DNA of 64,000 bases from an uncultured Dehalococcoidia bacterium (GTDB taxonomy: Bacteria; Chloroflexota; Dehalococcoidia; Lucifugimonadales; UBA1127): NCBI GenBank assembly GCA_913049785.1, contig CAJWXP010000005.1, positions 14,527 through 78,526 on the forward strand. Direction: 5' to 3'. Every line of letters starts with the position of its first letter. The first letter of the stretch is position 1. Both the position numbers and the translations under genes were made by a program. Positions 1-9,461 of this stretch are shown piece after piece. The notes beneath the pieces are model-generated. The model saw only the letters and a program-made list of their open reading frames with translations. It was not told the DNA's origin and made no database searches.

Positions 1-552
1 GTTGATGGTGAAGGCCATGCCGAAGTTCTTCGACGTGATGGCATCGAAGTAGACCCTGCATTCCTCGACTGTATGGGCCAGGTAGTGCACTTCCGCATCG
101 TCCGGCTCAAAGTTCAGGTTCTCCAGCAGCAGCAGCGCGCCTACCGACTCGGCATACGCAACGGTGCGCTTCAGCCGTGCCAACGAGGCGTCTTTGCGTT
201 CCTGCAGGTTGGACGTAAAGTGGAACCCGGCATGGACGATGGTCCACTCACACCCCAGCTTCTGCGACAGGTCAATGTTGGCTTTCAGGTACTCGTCCAC
301 GGCGTCCGACAGGAATGGCGAGAACTCCGCCACGTTCACACCGGACAGCGTGTGGTTGCCCAGGTGGATTTCATGCTGCTGGCACGTCGCCTTCACAGCG
401 CTGATGCGTTCGTCCGTCCACGTGTCCAGGTGGTTCGGACCTCTGTCTGTGTTGATATCGATGTAGTGGATGCCGTTGGCAGCAGCCCACGTCAGAGCGT
501 CCTCAAGCTTGTTGGCTCCAGCATCGTGACCGATACGGTCTTTGAAATCCAT
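1..552 (-). CDS. sugar phosphate isomerase/epimerase (xylose isomerase-like TIM barrel); C-terminus cut by window edge
   Basis: The minus-strand frame is open to base 1, so it is absent from the ORF track. ATG at 552-550 is preceded by a GGAGGG SD. My translation MDFKDRIGHDAGANKLEDALTWAAANGIHYIDIN...IVHAGFH...LLLENLNFEPDD looks like the AP-endonuclease-2/xylose-isomerase-like TIM family. Confidence 0.65.
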   Translation of the reverse strand, partial: MDFKDRIGHDAGANKLEDALTWAAANGIHYIDINTDRGPNHLDTWTDERISAVKATCQQHEIHLGNHTLSGVNVAEFSPFLSDAVDEYLKANIDLSQKLGCEWTIVHAGFHFTSNLQERKDASLARLKRTVAYAESVGALLLLENLNFEPDDAEVHYLAHTVEECRVYFDAITSKNFGMAFTIN

Positions 553-591
553 ATTCCCCTCCCTAAACTCTTGGCCTCGCCAGTCATGGGC

Positions 592-1053
592 CTAAGGCTC
601 AACTTCTACAATCATCTCGATCTCCACCGGGATGGCGAAGGGCAGCGTTGCCATGCCAACTGCGGCTCTGCCATGCCTACCTCGGTCACCATAGAGCTCC
701 ACCAGCAGGTCTGAGCAACCGTTGATTACCAGCGGCGTTTCCACCCAATCCGGGTCGCTATTAATCATGCCCAGCACCTTGACGATCTGTGTCACCTTGT
801 CCAAATCGCCAATGATGCCCTTAAGGTTCGCCAGCAGGTTCAGGGCGCATCCCCGCGCTGCTTCGTAGCCCTGTTCCACCGTCAAATCCCTGCCCAGCTT
901 GCCCTTAAGTCTATCGCGGTCCTGGGTCAACGGCCCAACGCCGCTGAGGAAGACCAGGTTGCCGGTCCGTACACCAGGAACGTAATTCGCCACTGGCGAC
1001 GGTGGTTTTGGCAGGGTCAGTCCCATCGCTTCGATCTTAGCTTCGATTTCCAT
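592..1053 (-). CDS. RidA/YjgF family reactive-intermediate deaminase-like protein
   Basis: ORF 592..1059. The sequence NLVFLSGVGP...GRAAVGMATLPFAIPVEIEMIVEV is typical of the YjgF/RidA fold. ATG at 1053 (MEIEAK) has a better SD spacing than GTG at 1059. Confidence 0.8.
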   Translation of the reverse strand: MEIEAKIEAMGLTLPKPPSPVANYVPGVRTGNLVFLSGVGPLTQDRDRLKGKLGRDLTVEQGYEAARGCALNLLANLKGIIGDLDKVTQIVKVLGMINSDPDWVETPLVINGCSDLLVELYGDRGRHGRAAVGMATLPFAIPVEIEMIVEVEP

Positions 1054-1127
1054 ACACACTTCCCGTTATCAAGTAGAGCGCAATGCTACCACCACGAGCC
1101 GCTGATATACTAACTAACTTGAACTGA

Positions 1128-1240
1128 CCCTTCGACAAGCTCACCGGCACAAGCAGAGGCGTCGGGGTCCGATCGTTCCTTTTGAATCGGACAGGGCGAA
1201 CGGGGGTTCCGTTCCGTTCATGGTGAGCTTGTCGAACCAC
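1128..1240. repeat. REP-like palindromic element (FDKL / SLSNHE type)
   Basis: Perfect 15-bp inverted repeat: ttcgacaagctcacc (1131-1145) and ggtgagcttgtcgaa (1222-1236). It encloses an inner 7-bp hairpin, gtccgat (1167-1173) / atcggac (1186-1192). It lies in the divergent intergenic region between the RidA gene and aroE. Confidence 0.5.
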
Positions 1241-1291
1241 GAATCGATTTGGTACACCTTTATTCACATCCAGAAGGACACGGAGGGTTTT

Positions 1292-2158
1292 TTGGCCACC
1301 AAGCGCGTCGGCATCATCGGCTACCCCATCCGCCACTCCGCATCACCAGCGTTTCAGCAGGCTGCCCTCGATTTCAAAGGCATCGATGCCAAGTTCGAGG
1401 CGTGGGCTGTGGAGCCGGGTACGGTCGTCGAGTGGATGGCCGAGCAGGACCGTACTGACCTCCTCGGCTTCGGCGTCACCGTGCCACACAAGCAGGAGAT
1501 CATGAAGGTGCTGGACTACGTGGACAACGATGCGAAGGCCATCGGTGCAGTGAACACCGTGGTGGTTGGCAAGGACAAGCGACTGCTCGGCTACAACACA
1601 GACGCCTACGGCTTCCTCCATGCGCTTCAGGAGGACGGTGAATTCACGCCGGCTGGGCAGCACGTCCTGGTGCTGGGCGCGGGTGGCGTGTCGCGCGCCG
1701 TCTGCACGGTGCTGCTGCGAGAGGGTGTCGCGTCACTGACGCTGGCGAACCGCACAGTCGCAAGAGCTGAGGCGCTGCTTGGCGACTTAGCCACCGGCGG
1801 TGTTCAGGTGGAGGCAATCTCATTAGAGCCGGATTCTCTCAAACAAGCTCTCGCAACAAAGAATCCGATGGCGCTCATCGTGAACTGCACATTACTAGGG
1901 ATGCTGCACGGCTCGGATGAGGAGGCGTCGCCAATACCAGGCGAACTCATTCCGTCGGGCTCCCTGGTATTCGATCTGGTGTACAACCCGGCTGAGACGC
2001 CTCTGATGAAGCTAGCTGAGGCCGCTGGTGCGAAGACCCTTGGAGGCCTGTCCATGCTGGTGTATCAAGGCACCAAGGGGTTCCAACTATGGACGGGCGA
2101 GGCAGCTCCTTTGGAAATCATGATGGCCGCCGCCAAGAAAGCTGTATGGACCAAATGA
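1292..2158 (+). CDS. aroE: shikimate dehydrogenase
   Basis: ORF 1220..2158. Motifs: GIIGYPIRHSASP, VTVPHKQ, AIGAVNTVV, GYNTDAYGF, GAGGVSRAV. The first 24 codons (MVSLSNHE...) fall in the REP-like repeat. An in-frame TTG at 1292 follows GGAGGG (1282-1287), so I prefer it as the start. Confidence 0.85.
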   Translation: MATKRVGIIGYPIRHSASPAFQQAALDFKGIDAKFEAWAVEPGTVVEWMAEQDRTDLLGFGVTVPHKQEIMKVLDYVDNDAKAIGAVNTVVVGKDKRLLGYNTDAYGFLHALQEDGEFTPAGQHVLVLGAGGVSRAVCTVLLREGVASLTLANRTVARAEALLGDLATGGVQVEAISLEPDSLKQALATKNPMALIVNCTLLGMLHGSDEEASPIPGELIPSGSLVFDLVYNPAETPLMKLAEAAGAKTLGGLSMLVYQGTKGFQLWTGEAAPLEIMMAAAKKAVWTK

Positions 2159-2159
2159 A

Positions 2160-3359
2160 GTGTTAGGCCGACTCTGGGAGGTACTCTTTGTAGCCACCAG
2201 GCTGGGGTTGACCTCCTTTGGTGGCCCCGTAGCCCATCTCGGGTATTTCCGTGCAGAGTACGTTGAACGGCGCAAATGGCTGACAGAGCAGACCTATGCT
2301 GACCTGGTAGCTCTGTGTCAGCTCCTACCGGGGCCGGCAAGCAGCCAGGTGGGCATCGGCGTCGGCATCAAGAGGGCAGGCCTTCTGGGCGGGATATTGG
2401 CCTGGCTGGGGTTCACCCTTCCTTCCGCCGTTGTCCTCATCCTCTTCACCTATGGTGTGGCTCAAGCTGGCGATGTGTCCGACGCCGCATGGCTGGGTGG
2501 CCTGAAAGTCGTGGCGGTCTCGGTGGTCGCGCTGGCGGTTTGGGGGATGGCCCGAACGCTGACGCCCGATAGGAATCGGATCACCCTGGCGATCGTGGCG
2601 GCTATCTTCGTGACGACTGTTGGTGGTGTTGGGGGCCAGGTCATCGTTATCCTCGGAGGCGGGCTCCTTGGCTGGATCTTCTTCCGACGAGGCCTGGACA
2701 ACCAGGACATAGAACGCACCGAATCCTCCATTGGGCGACGACTCGCCATAGCATCGCTGGTGGTGTTTGCAGTGTTGCTGGTCGGGTTGCCGATCATGGA
2801 GCGCTTATTCGACTCCGGGCCGCTGCAGGTCTTCGACAGTTTCTATCGTTCCGGGTCGTTGGTCTTCGGAGGTGGGCATGTAGTGTTACCCCTCCTCCAG
2901 GCAGAGACCGTCCCTACCGGCATGGTCTCCCAAGACGAGTTCATAGCCGGTTACGGAGCCGCTCAGGCGGTGCCCGGCCCTCTCTTCACCTTTGCAGCGT
3001 ACCTTGGGGGGACCGCCGAGACCTTCAATTCACCCTGGTTTGGTGGGCTTTTCGCCCTTGGCGCCATTTACCTGCCGTCGTTCCTGCTGGTAGTCGGAGT
3101 ATTGCCGTTCTGGGATGCGCTACGCTCCATGACCGGGTTCAGGAGCGTGTTGATCGGAGTGAATGCCGCCGTAGTGGGTCTGCTCCTGGCAGCGTTGTAC
3201 GACCCTGTATGGACCAGCGCTATTCATCAGCCGTCCGACTTCGCGCTAGGTCTCGGAGCGTTTGGGCTGCTGGCGTTCTGGAAACTGCCGCCGTGGATCG
3301 TTGTGGTACTGGCCGCTCTTGGAGCAGAGGGCATCGAGGCCGCAAGGAACTTCGTATGA
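2160..3359 (+). CDS. chrA: chromate transporter (ChrA family, two fused CHR halves)
   Basis: SFGGPVAHLGYFRAEYVERRKWL...LCQLLPGPASSQVG, with a second half carrying GAAQAVPGPLFTFAAYLG. Polytopic membrane protein. Confidence 0.85.
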   Translation: MLGRLWEVLFVATRLGLTSFGGPVAHLGYFRAEYVERRKWLTEQTYADLVALCQLLPGPASSQVGIGVGIKRAGLLGGILAWLGFTLPSAVVLILFTYGVAQAGDVSDAAWLGGLKVVAVSVVALAVWGMARTLTPDRNRITLAIVAAIFVTTVGGVGGQVIVILGGGLLGWIFFRRGLDNQDIERTESSIGRRLAIASLVVFAVLLVGLPIMERLFDSGPLQVFDSFYRSGSLVFGGGHVVLPLLQAETVPTGMVSQDEFIAGYGAAQAVPGPLFTFAAYLGGTAETFNSPWFGGLFALGAIYLPSFLLVVGVLPFWDALRSMTGFRSVLIGVNAAVVGLLLAALYDPVWTSAIHQPSDFALGLGAFGLLAFWKLPPWIVVVLAALGAEGIEAARNFV

Positions 3360-3383
3360 AGTCAGTTGGCCAGGACAGCCACC

Positions 3384-3971
3384 TTAGGCAATCAGCCCAA
3401 CTAGCTCTATCGTCGAGTTCACCCAGATAAATAGGCCCAGCAGAACGGTGACCACCTCGCCAATGCCTATGGGTGCATTCCGAACGGCGTTGTCTTCGCC
3501 AACGTCCCAATAGGCGTTGAGGTCACGCTGCATCCACAACACCAGGGCCAACATCAGTGCCATATCTATGGCGTCCAACGTAAGGACTATTGCCAACTCG
3601 CTCAGGCCGCTTAACACGCCAAATGCAAGCAGAAGGATCTGGACTCCCAGCGAAACCCCAACGATAACAACCAACCCGGCTGCAACCCATGGGTTCACTC
3701 TTGGGACAAGGCCTCTTCGGCGTGCCACACCTTGAATCGCACGGGCATGTTGGTAGGTGATGAGCAGGCTGTACTCAGGCGCCAGAAAGCCCAGTGAATG
3801 CCACACAGGGAAGTGCTGCTCATCCCTCTCGCTGGATAGCTGCTACCAGGTCAGATAAAACCAGTAGATGCCGTAGAACCCAAACGACGCGATCATGACA
3901 GCCGCTATCCGCTTGTTACTCAGCCGAGTCCTGGTAACTTCTTGAGCCGTACCCACGTTCGTTGTAATCAT
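3384..3971 (-). pseudogene. DUF4234-like membrane protein interrupted by an in-frame TAG (3845-3843)
   Basis: ATG at 3971-3969 with a GGTGAGGA SD gives MITTNVGTAQEVTRTRLSNKRIAAVMIASFGFYGIYWFYLTW, then TAG. The same frame continues QLSSERDEQHFPVWHSLGF... into track ORF 3384..3806. The GIYWFY..W motif is typical of DUF4234. Confidence 0.5.
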
Positions 3972-4060
3972 TCCTCACCTTTCGTCACACATATAAGATG
4001 AGTCGCTCCCCTTTTGCGATTCGAGGGTTATAATGGGCGCAGCATTTGCAGGAGAATCCA

Positions 4061-5269
4061 TTGATAAAATACATCACCGCAGGGGAATCGCACGGCAAGG
4101 GCCTCACCATCATCGTGGAGGGGTTCCCCACCGGGTTCCCATTGAGCGAGGACTACATTCAGGAAGACCTGGCCCGTCGACAACGAGGATACGGTCGCGG
4201 CGGTCGACAGCTCATCGAGAAGGACCGCGCGGAGTTGCTGTCGGGCGTTCGACATGGCCTCACCATGGGCTCACCTATATCCATGTTCATCCCCAACAAG
4301 GACTACGTGAACTGGGGCAAGGTGATGGCCACGGAGCCCGTTGAAGACCCGGGCAACACCGTCACTCGACTGCGCGCGGGCCACGCCGATATGCCCGGCA
4401 CCATCAAATACGGCATCAGCGATGTCCGAAACATCCTGGAGCGTTCATCAGCCCGCGAGACCGCTGCCCGTGTGGCTGCTGGAGCCGTGGCCAAACGATT
4501 CCTGCAGGAGTTCGGCATTGAAGTTCACTCCCACGTCATCAACATCGGTGGTGTCCGGTCCAAGTATGAGCACCCTGTTGACTGGGAGAAGGCCAACGCC
4601 TCCGAAGTCCACTGCATCGACCCTTTGGCCGAAGCGGAGATGATAAAGATCATCGACAAAGCCAAGGAAGACGGCGATACGATCGGCGGCGCTGTAGAAG
4701 TCGTGGCCACCAACGTTCCCATCGGCTTGGGCTCCCACGTCCACTACGAACGCAAGCTGGACGCCCGATTAGCGCTGGCGCTGATGTCCATACAAGCATG
4801 CAAGTCGGTTGCCATTGGCGAGGGTTGGGAAGCTGCCGACCTCCCGGGCTCTCAGTACCATGACACCCTTGAACCGATAGCCGAGGACGGCAAAGCCCCC
4901 GCCGGACCGTATCCCACAGCAAGCGGCCCCTGGCACCGGGCGACCAACCGCACAGGCGGCATTGAGGGCGGTATGAGCACTGGGATGCCGCTGATTGCGC
5001 GATTCACGATCAAACCCATCGCCACGCTGGCGAAGCCATTGCCCTCAGTAGACCTGGTAACGGGGAAGACCGTGCAGGCCCACTTTGAACGCTCTGACGT
5101 GTGTAACGTGCCACCTGCAGGGGTCATCGGCGAGGCCGCGGTAGCTTTCGTGCTGGCAGATGCCTTCTTGGAGAAGTTCGGCGGAGACAACATCGATGAG
5201 ACCAGCCGCAACTTCAACAGCTACCAGAAGACCATAGGCCCCAGGAGTTGGGTCGCAACAGACGGATAG
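4061..5269 (+). CDS. aroC: chorismate synthase
   Basis: ORF 4046..5269. An in-frame TTG at 4061 follows AGGAG (4050-4054) and gives the N-terminus IKYITAGESHG, typical of AroC. A TATAAT lies at 4029-4034. Confidence 0.9.
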   Translation: MIKYITAGESHGKGLTIIVEGFPTGFPLSEDYIQEDLARRQRGYGRGGRQLIEKDRAELLSGVRHGLTMGSPISMFIPNKDYVNWGKVMATEPVEDPGNTVTRLRAGHADMPGTIKYGISDVRNILERSSARETAARVAAGAVAKRFLQEFGIEVHSHVINIGGVRSKYEHPVDWEKANASEVHCIDPLAEAEMIKIIDKAKEDGDTIGGAVEVVATNVPIGLGSHVHYERKLDARLALALMSIQACKSVAIGEGWEAADLPGSQYHDTLEPIAEDGKAPAGPYPTASGPWHRATNRTGGIEGGMSTGMPLIARFTIKPIATLAKPLPSVDLVTGKTVQAHFERSDVCNVPPAGVIGEAAVAFVLADAFLEKFGGDNIDETSRNFNSYQKTIGPRSWVATDG

Positions 5270-5357
5270 TTCCTATCTTCTGCTGCCGTTTAGCGACCTC
5301 GAATGCGGTCCAAGTACATTGAAATATCCGCAGGACTGCGTGACACAAGGATGAAAA

Positions 5358-6230
5358 ATGCCGCAGACTCAGAACATCATCGGGCTGGTCTATGACTTCG
5401 ATAAGACCCTGAGCCCGAACTCCATGCAGGAAGACACGGTGCTTCCCTATTTGGGCCTTGATTCTGCCAAGTTCTGGGCGGAGACGGATCGCTTAGTGGC
5501 TGAGGATTCCTACGAAGCGGAGCTCGCATGGATGCAGCTGTTATTGGAAAAAGAGGAGTTCAGGAATCTCTCCAACCAGGACCTGCAACACATGGGGCTG
5601 AAGCTCAAATACTATGCGGGTGTGCCAGAGATCTTTAAGCAGTTGGAAGAGGTGTTGGACAGGCCTGCTTACAGAGAGTATGGCGTCACCATTGAGCACT
5701 ACATCATCACATCCGGCCTCAGGGAGATCCTGGAGGGCAGCAACCTTCGCCCTTACGTGAAGTCCATCTTCGGCTCGGAGATCGCCGAGGACTCACAAGG
5801 CAAGCTAGGCTTCCCCAAACGCGCCATCAGCCACACGCAGAAGACCCAGTACCTCTTTCGCATTAACAAGGGCTATCTGGACCTCCAGACGGACGTCAAC
5901 GACCACGTACCGCGTGAGGACCACCGCATCCCGTTCCAGAATATGCTCTACATTGGCGATGGCCCCACAGACGTGCCCTGCTTCGCGGTGATGAGTCAGC
6001 AGGAGGGGCACACCCTGGCGGTCTACGACCCCGCTGACAACAACTCCTTTGCCAAGTGCATGCAACTCCGGAAGGCCAAGCGCGTCGAGGAGATTGCTGA
6101 GGCCAACTACCAGAAGGGCACACACCTGTGGCGATTGCTTGAGTACGTCATCACGGAGATCGCTGATAGCATCGTGCAGCGTCGACGAGATAGCCAGGAA
6201 GCATCCATCATCGCGGCACCCGGCCACTAG
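5358..6230 (+). CDS. HAD-superfamily hydrolase-like protein
   Basis: DxDxT-type motif YDFDKTL near the N-terminus and a late GDGPTDVP motif. The specific substrate is unknown. Confidence 0.6.
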   Translation: MPQTQNIIGLVYDFDKTLSPNSMQEDTVLPYLGLDSAKFWAETDRLVAEDSYEAELAWMQLLLEKEEFRNLSNQDLQHMGLKLKYYAGVPEIFKQLEEVLDRPAYREYGVTIEHYIITSGLREILEGSNLRPYVKSIFGSEIAEDSQGKLGFPKRAISHTQKTQYLFRINKGYLDLQTDVNDHVPREDHRIPFQNMLYIGDGPTDVPCFAVMSQQEGHTLAVYDPADNNSFAKCMQLRKAKRVEEIAEANYQKGTHLWRLLEYVITEIADSIVQRRRDSQEASIIAAPGH

Positions 6231-6278
6231 CCAAGGCGGGCCCTGTACCCAATTAAATATGAATTATCGAGGTAGAGC

Positions 6279-7184
6279 ATGGCAAACATCATGAAACGGA
6301 CACTGGGTCGCACAGGCGAAGAGGTCACGGCGCTGGCATACGGAGCCATGGAGCTCCGCGGTGCGCCACGCGGGCGGGAAATCGCCCCCGACGACGCTGG
6401 CAAGCTCCTGAACGCTGTGCTGGACGGCGGTATCAACTTCATCGACACCTCCATCGACTACGGCGTCAGTGAAGAGCTCATCGGCAAGTACATCTCGGGC
6501 CGTCGCAACGAGTACTTCCTCGCATCCAAGTGCGGCTGCTGGGCCAGCGAGGGCGAGCCTCCGCCGTCGGAGGGTGGTCGCTTCCCCCATATCTACACCA
6601 AAGAGAACATCATCGCCGGGGTGGAGCAGAGTCTGCGTCGCATGAACACTGACCACCTTGACCTGGTGCAGCTCCACGGCAGCCCCACTCAGGCGGTGCT
6701 GGAGCAACATGGCGCGGTCAATACGATGCTTGACCTGCAAAAACAGGGGAAGGTCCGCTTTTTAGGCATGTCCGGCACCCACCCTAACTTGCCTGACCAC
6801 ATCACCATGGGCGTGTTCGATGCCTTCCAGATACCATACTCCGCTGTGGAACTGGAACACGAAGGCGCGATGTCAGACGCATCGAAGGCGGGCGCTGGCA
6901 TCATCATCCGTGGAGGCGTAGCCAAGGGCGACCCTGGTGGTGAGGGCCACGGCGGCGACAGCTGGTCAAGGTGGGGCAAAGCGAACCTGGACGACCTGTT
7001 GGAAGGCATGACCAAAACGCAGTTCATGCTCCGGTTCACCATCACCAACCCGGATCTGGACACGACGATTGTCGGCACGGCCAGCCTTGACCACCTTGCC
7101 GACAACCTGAAGACCATGGAAGCCGGACCACTCCCGGCAGACGTATACGATGAGGCCAAACGGAGGCTGTCCGGCGTCGCATAG
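6279..7184 (+). CDS. aldo/keto reductase
   Basis: MKRTLGRTGEEVTALAYGAMELRG, INFIDTSIDYG, LDLVQLHG, GIIIRGGVAKG. Confidence 0.85.
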   Translation: MANIMKRTLGRTGEEVTALAYGAMELRGAPRGREIAPDDAGKLLNAVLDGGINFIDTSIDYGVSEELIGKYISGRRNEYFLASKCGCWASEGEPPPSEGGRFPHIYTKENIIAGVEQSLRRMNTDHLDLVQLHGSPTQAVLEQHGAVNTMLDLQKQGKVRFLGMSGTHPNLPDHITMGVFDAFQIPYSAVELEHEGAMSDASKAGAGIIIRGGVAKGDPGGEGHGGDSWSRWGKANLDDLLEGMTKTQFMLRFTITNPDLDTTIVGTASLDHLADNLKTMEAGPLPADVYDEAKRRLSGVA

Positions 7185-7207
7185 GGCTAGATTCACAGCG
7201 TCAGAAA

Positions 7208-7546
7208 GTGCATATGAGCCACATCATTGACGTCATCGCGGAGTTTTTGGTCTGTCGGGGTCACACGAGTATCGTGAACCATCCGGGGCTGCTGGTGGAG
7301 CACGCCGGAGCTTTCACGGTCATCGCCAATGGCCACAACGAGACCATCGACGATGTGCCCGGCTGTTGCTTCTCCATCCTCTTCAACCAACACCCCTTCG
7401 CCATGCTCACCGCTACCGGCGAGGGCAGTATGGGCACCGGCCTGGCAGCCAACCCCGACTCGTTTCGCGGGGCCCTGAACGAGGCGATTCGCAAAGCCCG
7501 TGTGAGCGGCCGTGAGGCTACGAACGAGGCCAATAGCCCCTCCTAG
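7208..7546 (+). CDS. hypothetical protein (no family recognised)
   Basis: 112-aa ORF with host-like composition in an otherwise empty gap. I recognise no motif. Confidence 0.35.
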   Translation: MHMSHIIDVIAEFLVCRGHTSIVNHPGLLVEHAGAFTVIANGHNETIDDVPGCCFSILFNQHPFAMLTATGEGSMGTGLAANPDSFRGALNEAIRKARVSGREATNEANSPS

Positions 7547-7682
7547 CTGCCAGTCCCATACTGCCAGTAATGTTAATAGATGTTCAGTTTCCCTACGGAA
7601 ATGATTGACGCCAACTATAGCCGCTGCTACTATCCCCTCGACGCGATTGTGCCTTTATGTAAGCATCTTGAAAGGAAACATT

Positions 7683-9461
7683 ATGCGAAATAGTATCCTG
7701 ACCTCAAAACGAGCGTGGTTGCTCATGGCCGCACTGGTAATGGTATTAGTGCTGGCAGCTGCCTGCTCTAGCGACGGTGATGAAGATGACGGTGGCAGCA
7801 CTGCTGCACCTGCGCCTACATCGGTGCCCGCCGCTCCCGCACCCACATCGGCTGCAGCAGCCCCAGCACCTGCAGCAGCCCCAGCACCTACGGCGGCACC
7901 AATCCAGGCACCTGTAGCAACTGAGCCTGTGGTCAACCGCGTGGTGATCGGGAACCCCGCTCCCAGCACTGAAGGAAACAACCCGAACATCGAGTTGGGT
8001 CCGCTGACCACCTTCCAGATCGGGCCTACCTTTGAGTACCTGATCGGATATGACCCGGCGACGGGAGACCTGGTACCCCAACTGGCCACTGAGTGGAGCG
8101 TAGAGCCGGATGGTATTTCCACTCGCTTTAAGCTGCGTGAAGGCGTCCAGTTCCATGATGGGAGCGAGTTCTCTGCAGCGGACGTAGTCTTTACTCATGC
8201 TCAAATTGTCAGCGACGACTCCCTCCACGCCATCTCCCGTAGATACAAACTGGCAACCATCGAGGTCATCAACGACTTTGAGATCGTCTTTAAGCTTTCG
8301 CGGGCAAACGCAGAGGCATTGAAGCAGATTTCTGAGCAGGTCGGCGGCCTAGAGATTGAAAGCTCCGCTGGCTTTGCTGCAAACGGGCGCCCCACCCTGA
8401 CCGGGAGTCCACTTGCAGGCACCGGCGCTTATCAGTTCAAGGAACGGGTCCAGGGTCAGAATGTCGTCTTTGAAGCTGTACCTTATGACCACTGGCGCTA
8501 CACGCCTGACTTCCCGGAGCTTGAATATCGATGGATGGGAGAGGCCTCCACACGGCTGGCCGCACTCCTGACAGACGAGATTCATCTCACCCAGCTGCCT
8601 GAGGACAGCATCCCCCAGGCTGAGTCTGAAGGGATGAAACTCATCAGCGGCACCTTGTCAGGCCAACGCGTGTTCCTGAGCTTTAAAGGCGCCTACTTGG
8701 ATAGCAAAAGTTCATGCGGATACGTGCACTGTGACAGCCCTTTCTTGGACAGGAACGTCCGTCAGGCGCTGAACCGTGCAATCGATCGCGATGAATTGAA
8801 CCAAGCCTTCTTTGGTGGTAAAGGCCAAAAGATGGTTATGAACCACATCCCCCCCACAGCCAGTTACTGGAACACGGACTGGGACCGAGACTTTGATGCG
8901 AACTGGGGATTCGACCCCGCTGCTGCCCGGACTCTGCTGGCAGAATCCGGTTACAACAGTGACAACCCTCTGGAAGTGGGAGTTGAGATCACCACCCACG
9001 CCCAGTACGGTCAATCAGCAGATGTGCTGGAGATCATCGCTGGCTACTGGAGCGATATCGACGTCAAAGCCAACCTCCTGACAATCGATACAGCGGCAAA
9101 CAGGTCCAACACCCGCGCATTCAACTACAAGGACCACATCGGCTTCGCCGCTACTGCGTCCTTTGACATCCAGGGGTGGCGCGTCTACAACTCCCACGTA
9201 GTACCACGCGGTGGCTCGCTGGAGTTGATCAACACAGGCGCACTGATCGACCAGCTTCAGGCTGAGATGGATGCTGCGAAGCAGAATGTCCTGCTCCGCG
9301 AGATAGGTGACCTGGCATTCGGCGAGTACATGGGTATCTACCTGTACTGGATTCCGGCTCAGCTGGTCATCAACCCTGAGTTCGTAGCGTCATACAACTT
9401 CCCGGGTTCTCTCTCCGCAATATGGACCCACTACGAACTGCTCAAGGCTGTGAAGAAGTAA
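7683..9461 (+). CDS. ABC transporter substrate-binding lipoprotein (family 5, peptide/nickel type)
   Basis: ATG at 7683 gives MRNSILTSKRAWLLMAALVMVLVLAAAC, a lipobox. An Ala/Pro-rich linker follows, then an SBP_bac_5-like body (FKLREGVQFHDGSEF..., GTGAYQFKE). Confidence 0.85.
   Translation: MRNSILTSKRAWLLMAALVMVLVLAAACSSDGDEDDGGSTAAPAPTSVPAAPAPTSAAAAPAPAAAPAPTAAPIQAPVATEPVVNRVVIGNPAPSTEGNNPNIELGPLTTFQIGPTFEYLIGYDPATGDLVPQLATEWSVEPDGISTRFKLREGVQFHDGSEFSAADVVFTHAQIVSDDSLHAISRRYKLATIEVINDFEIVFKLSRANAEALKQISEQVGGLEIESSAGFAANGRPTLTGSPLAGTGAYQFKERVQGQNVVFEAVPYDHWRYTPDFPELEYRWMGEASTRLAALLTDEIHLTQLPEDSIPQAESEGMKLISGTLSGQRVFLSFKGAYLDSKSSCGYVHCDSPFLDRNVRQALNRAIDRDELNQAFFGGKGQKMVMNHIPPTASYWNTDWDRDFDANWGFDPAAARTLLAESGYNSDNPLEVGVEITTHAQYGQSADVLEIIAGYWSDIDVKANLLTIDTAANRSNTRAFNYKDHIGFAATASFDIQGWRVYNSHVVPRGGSLELINTGALIDQLQAEMDAAKQNVLLREIGDLAFGEYMGIYLYWIPAQLVINPEFVASYNFPGSLSAIWTHYELLKAVKK

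Noticed and set aside
73-714. Long ORFs on the strand opposite to confidently identified genes. Examples: 73..714(+), 9431..10051(-), 11520..12203(-), 14768..15808(-), 24851..25522(+), 29355..30095(+), 36353..37030(+), 47644..48408(-), 49820..50455(-), 51064..51666(-), 51728..52456(-), 54914..55756(-), 56503..57270(-), 57359..57979(-).
   Set aside because: These are typical shadow ORFs of a GC-rich genome. Each fully overlaps a gene with clear family motifs, the translations are Arg/Pro/Ser/Gly-rich with no recognisable motifs, and no SD sequences were seen.
3843-3845. Pyrrolysine (TAG at 3843-3845) or selenocysteine (TGA at 41378-41380) decoding of the in-frame stops.
   Set aside because: I saw no SECIS-like hairpin immediately 3-prime of the TGA and no pyl or sel genes in the window. 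The proteins are not families known to use these residues. The third interrupted gene uses TAA, which has no such recoding. Nonsense mutation or sequence error is the more economical explanation.
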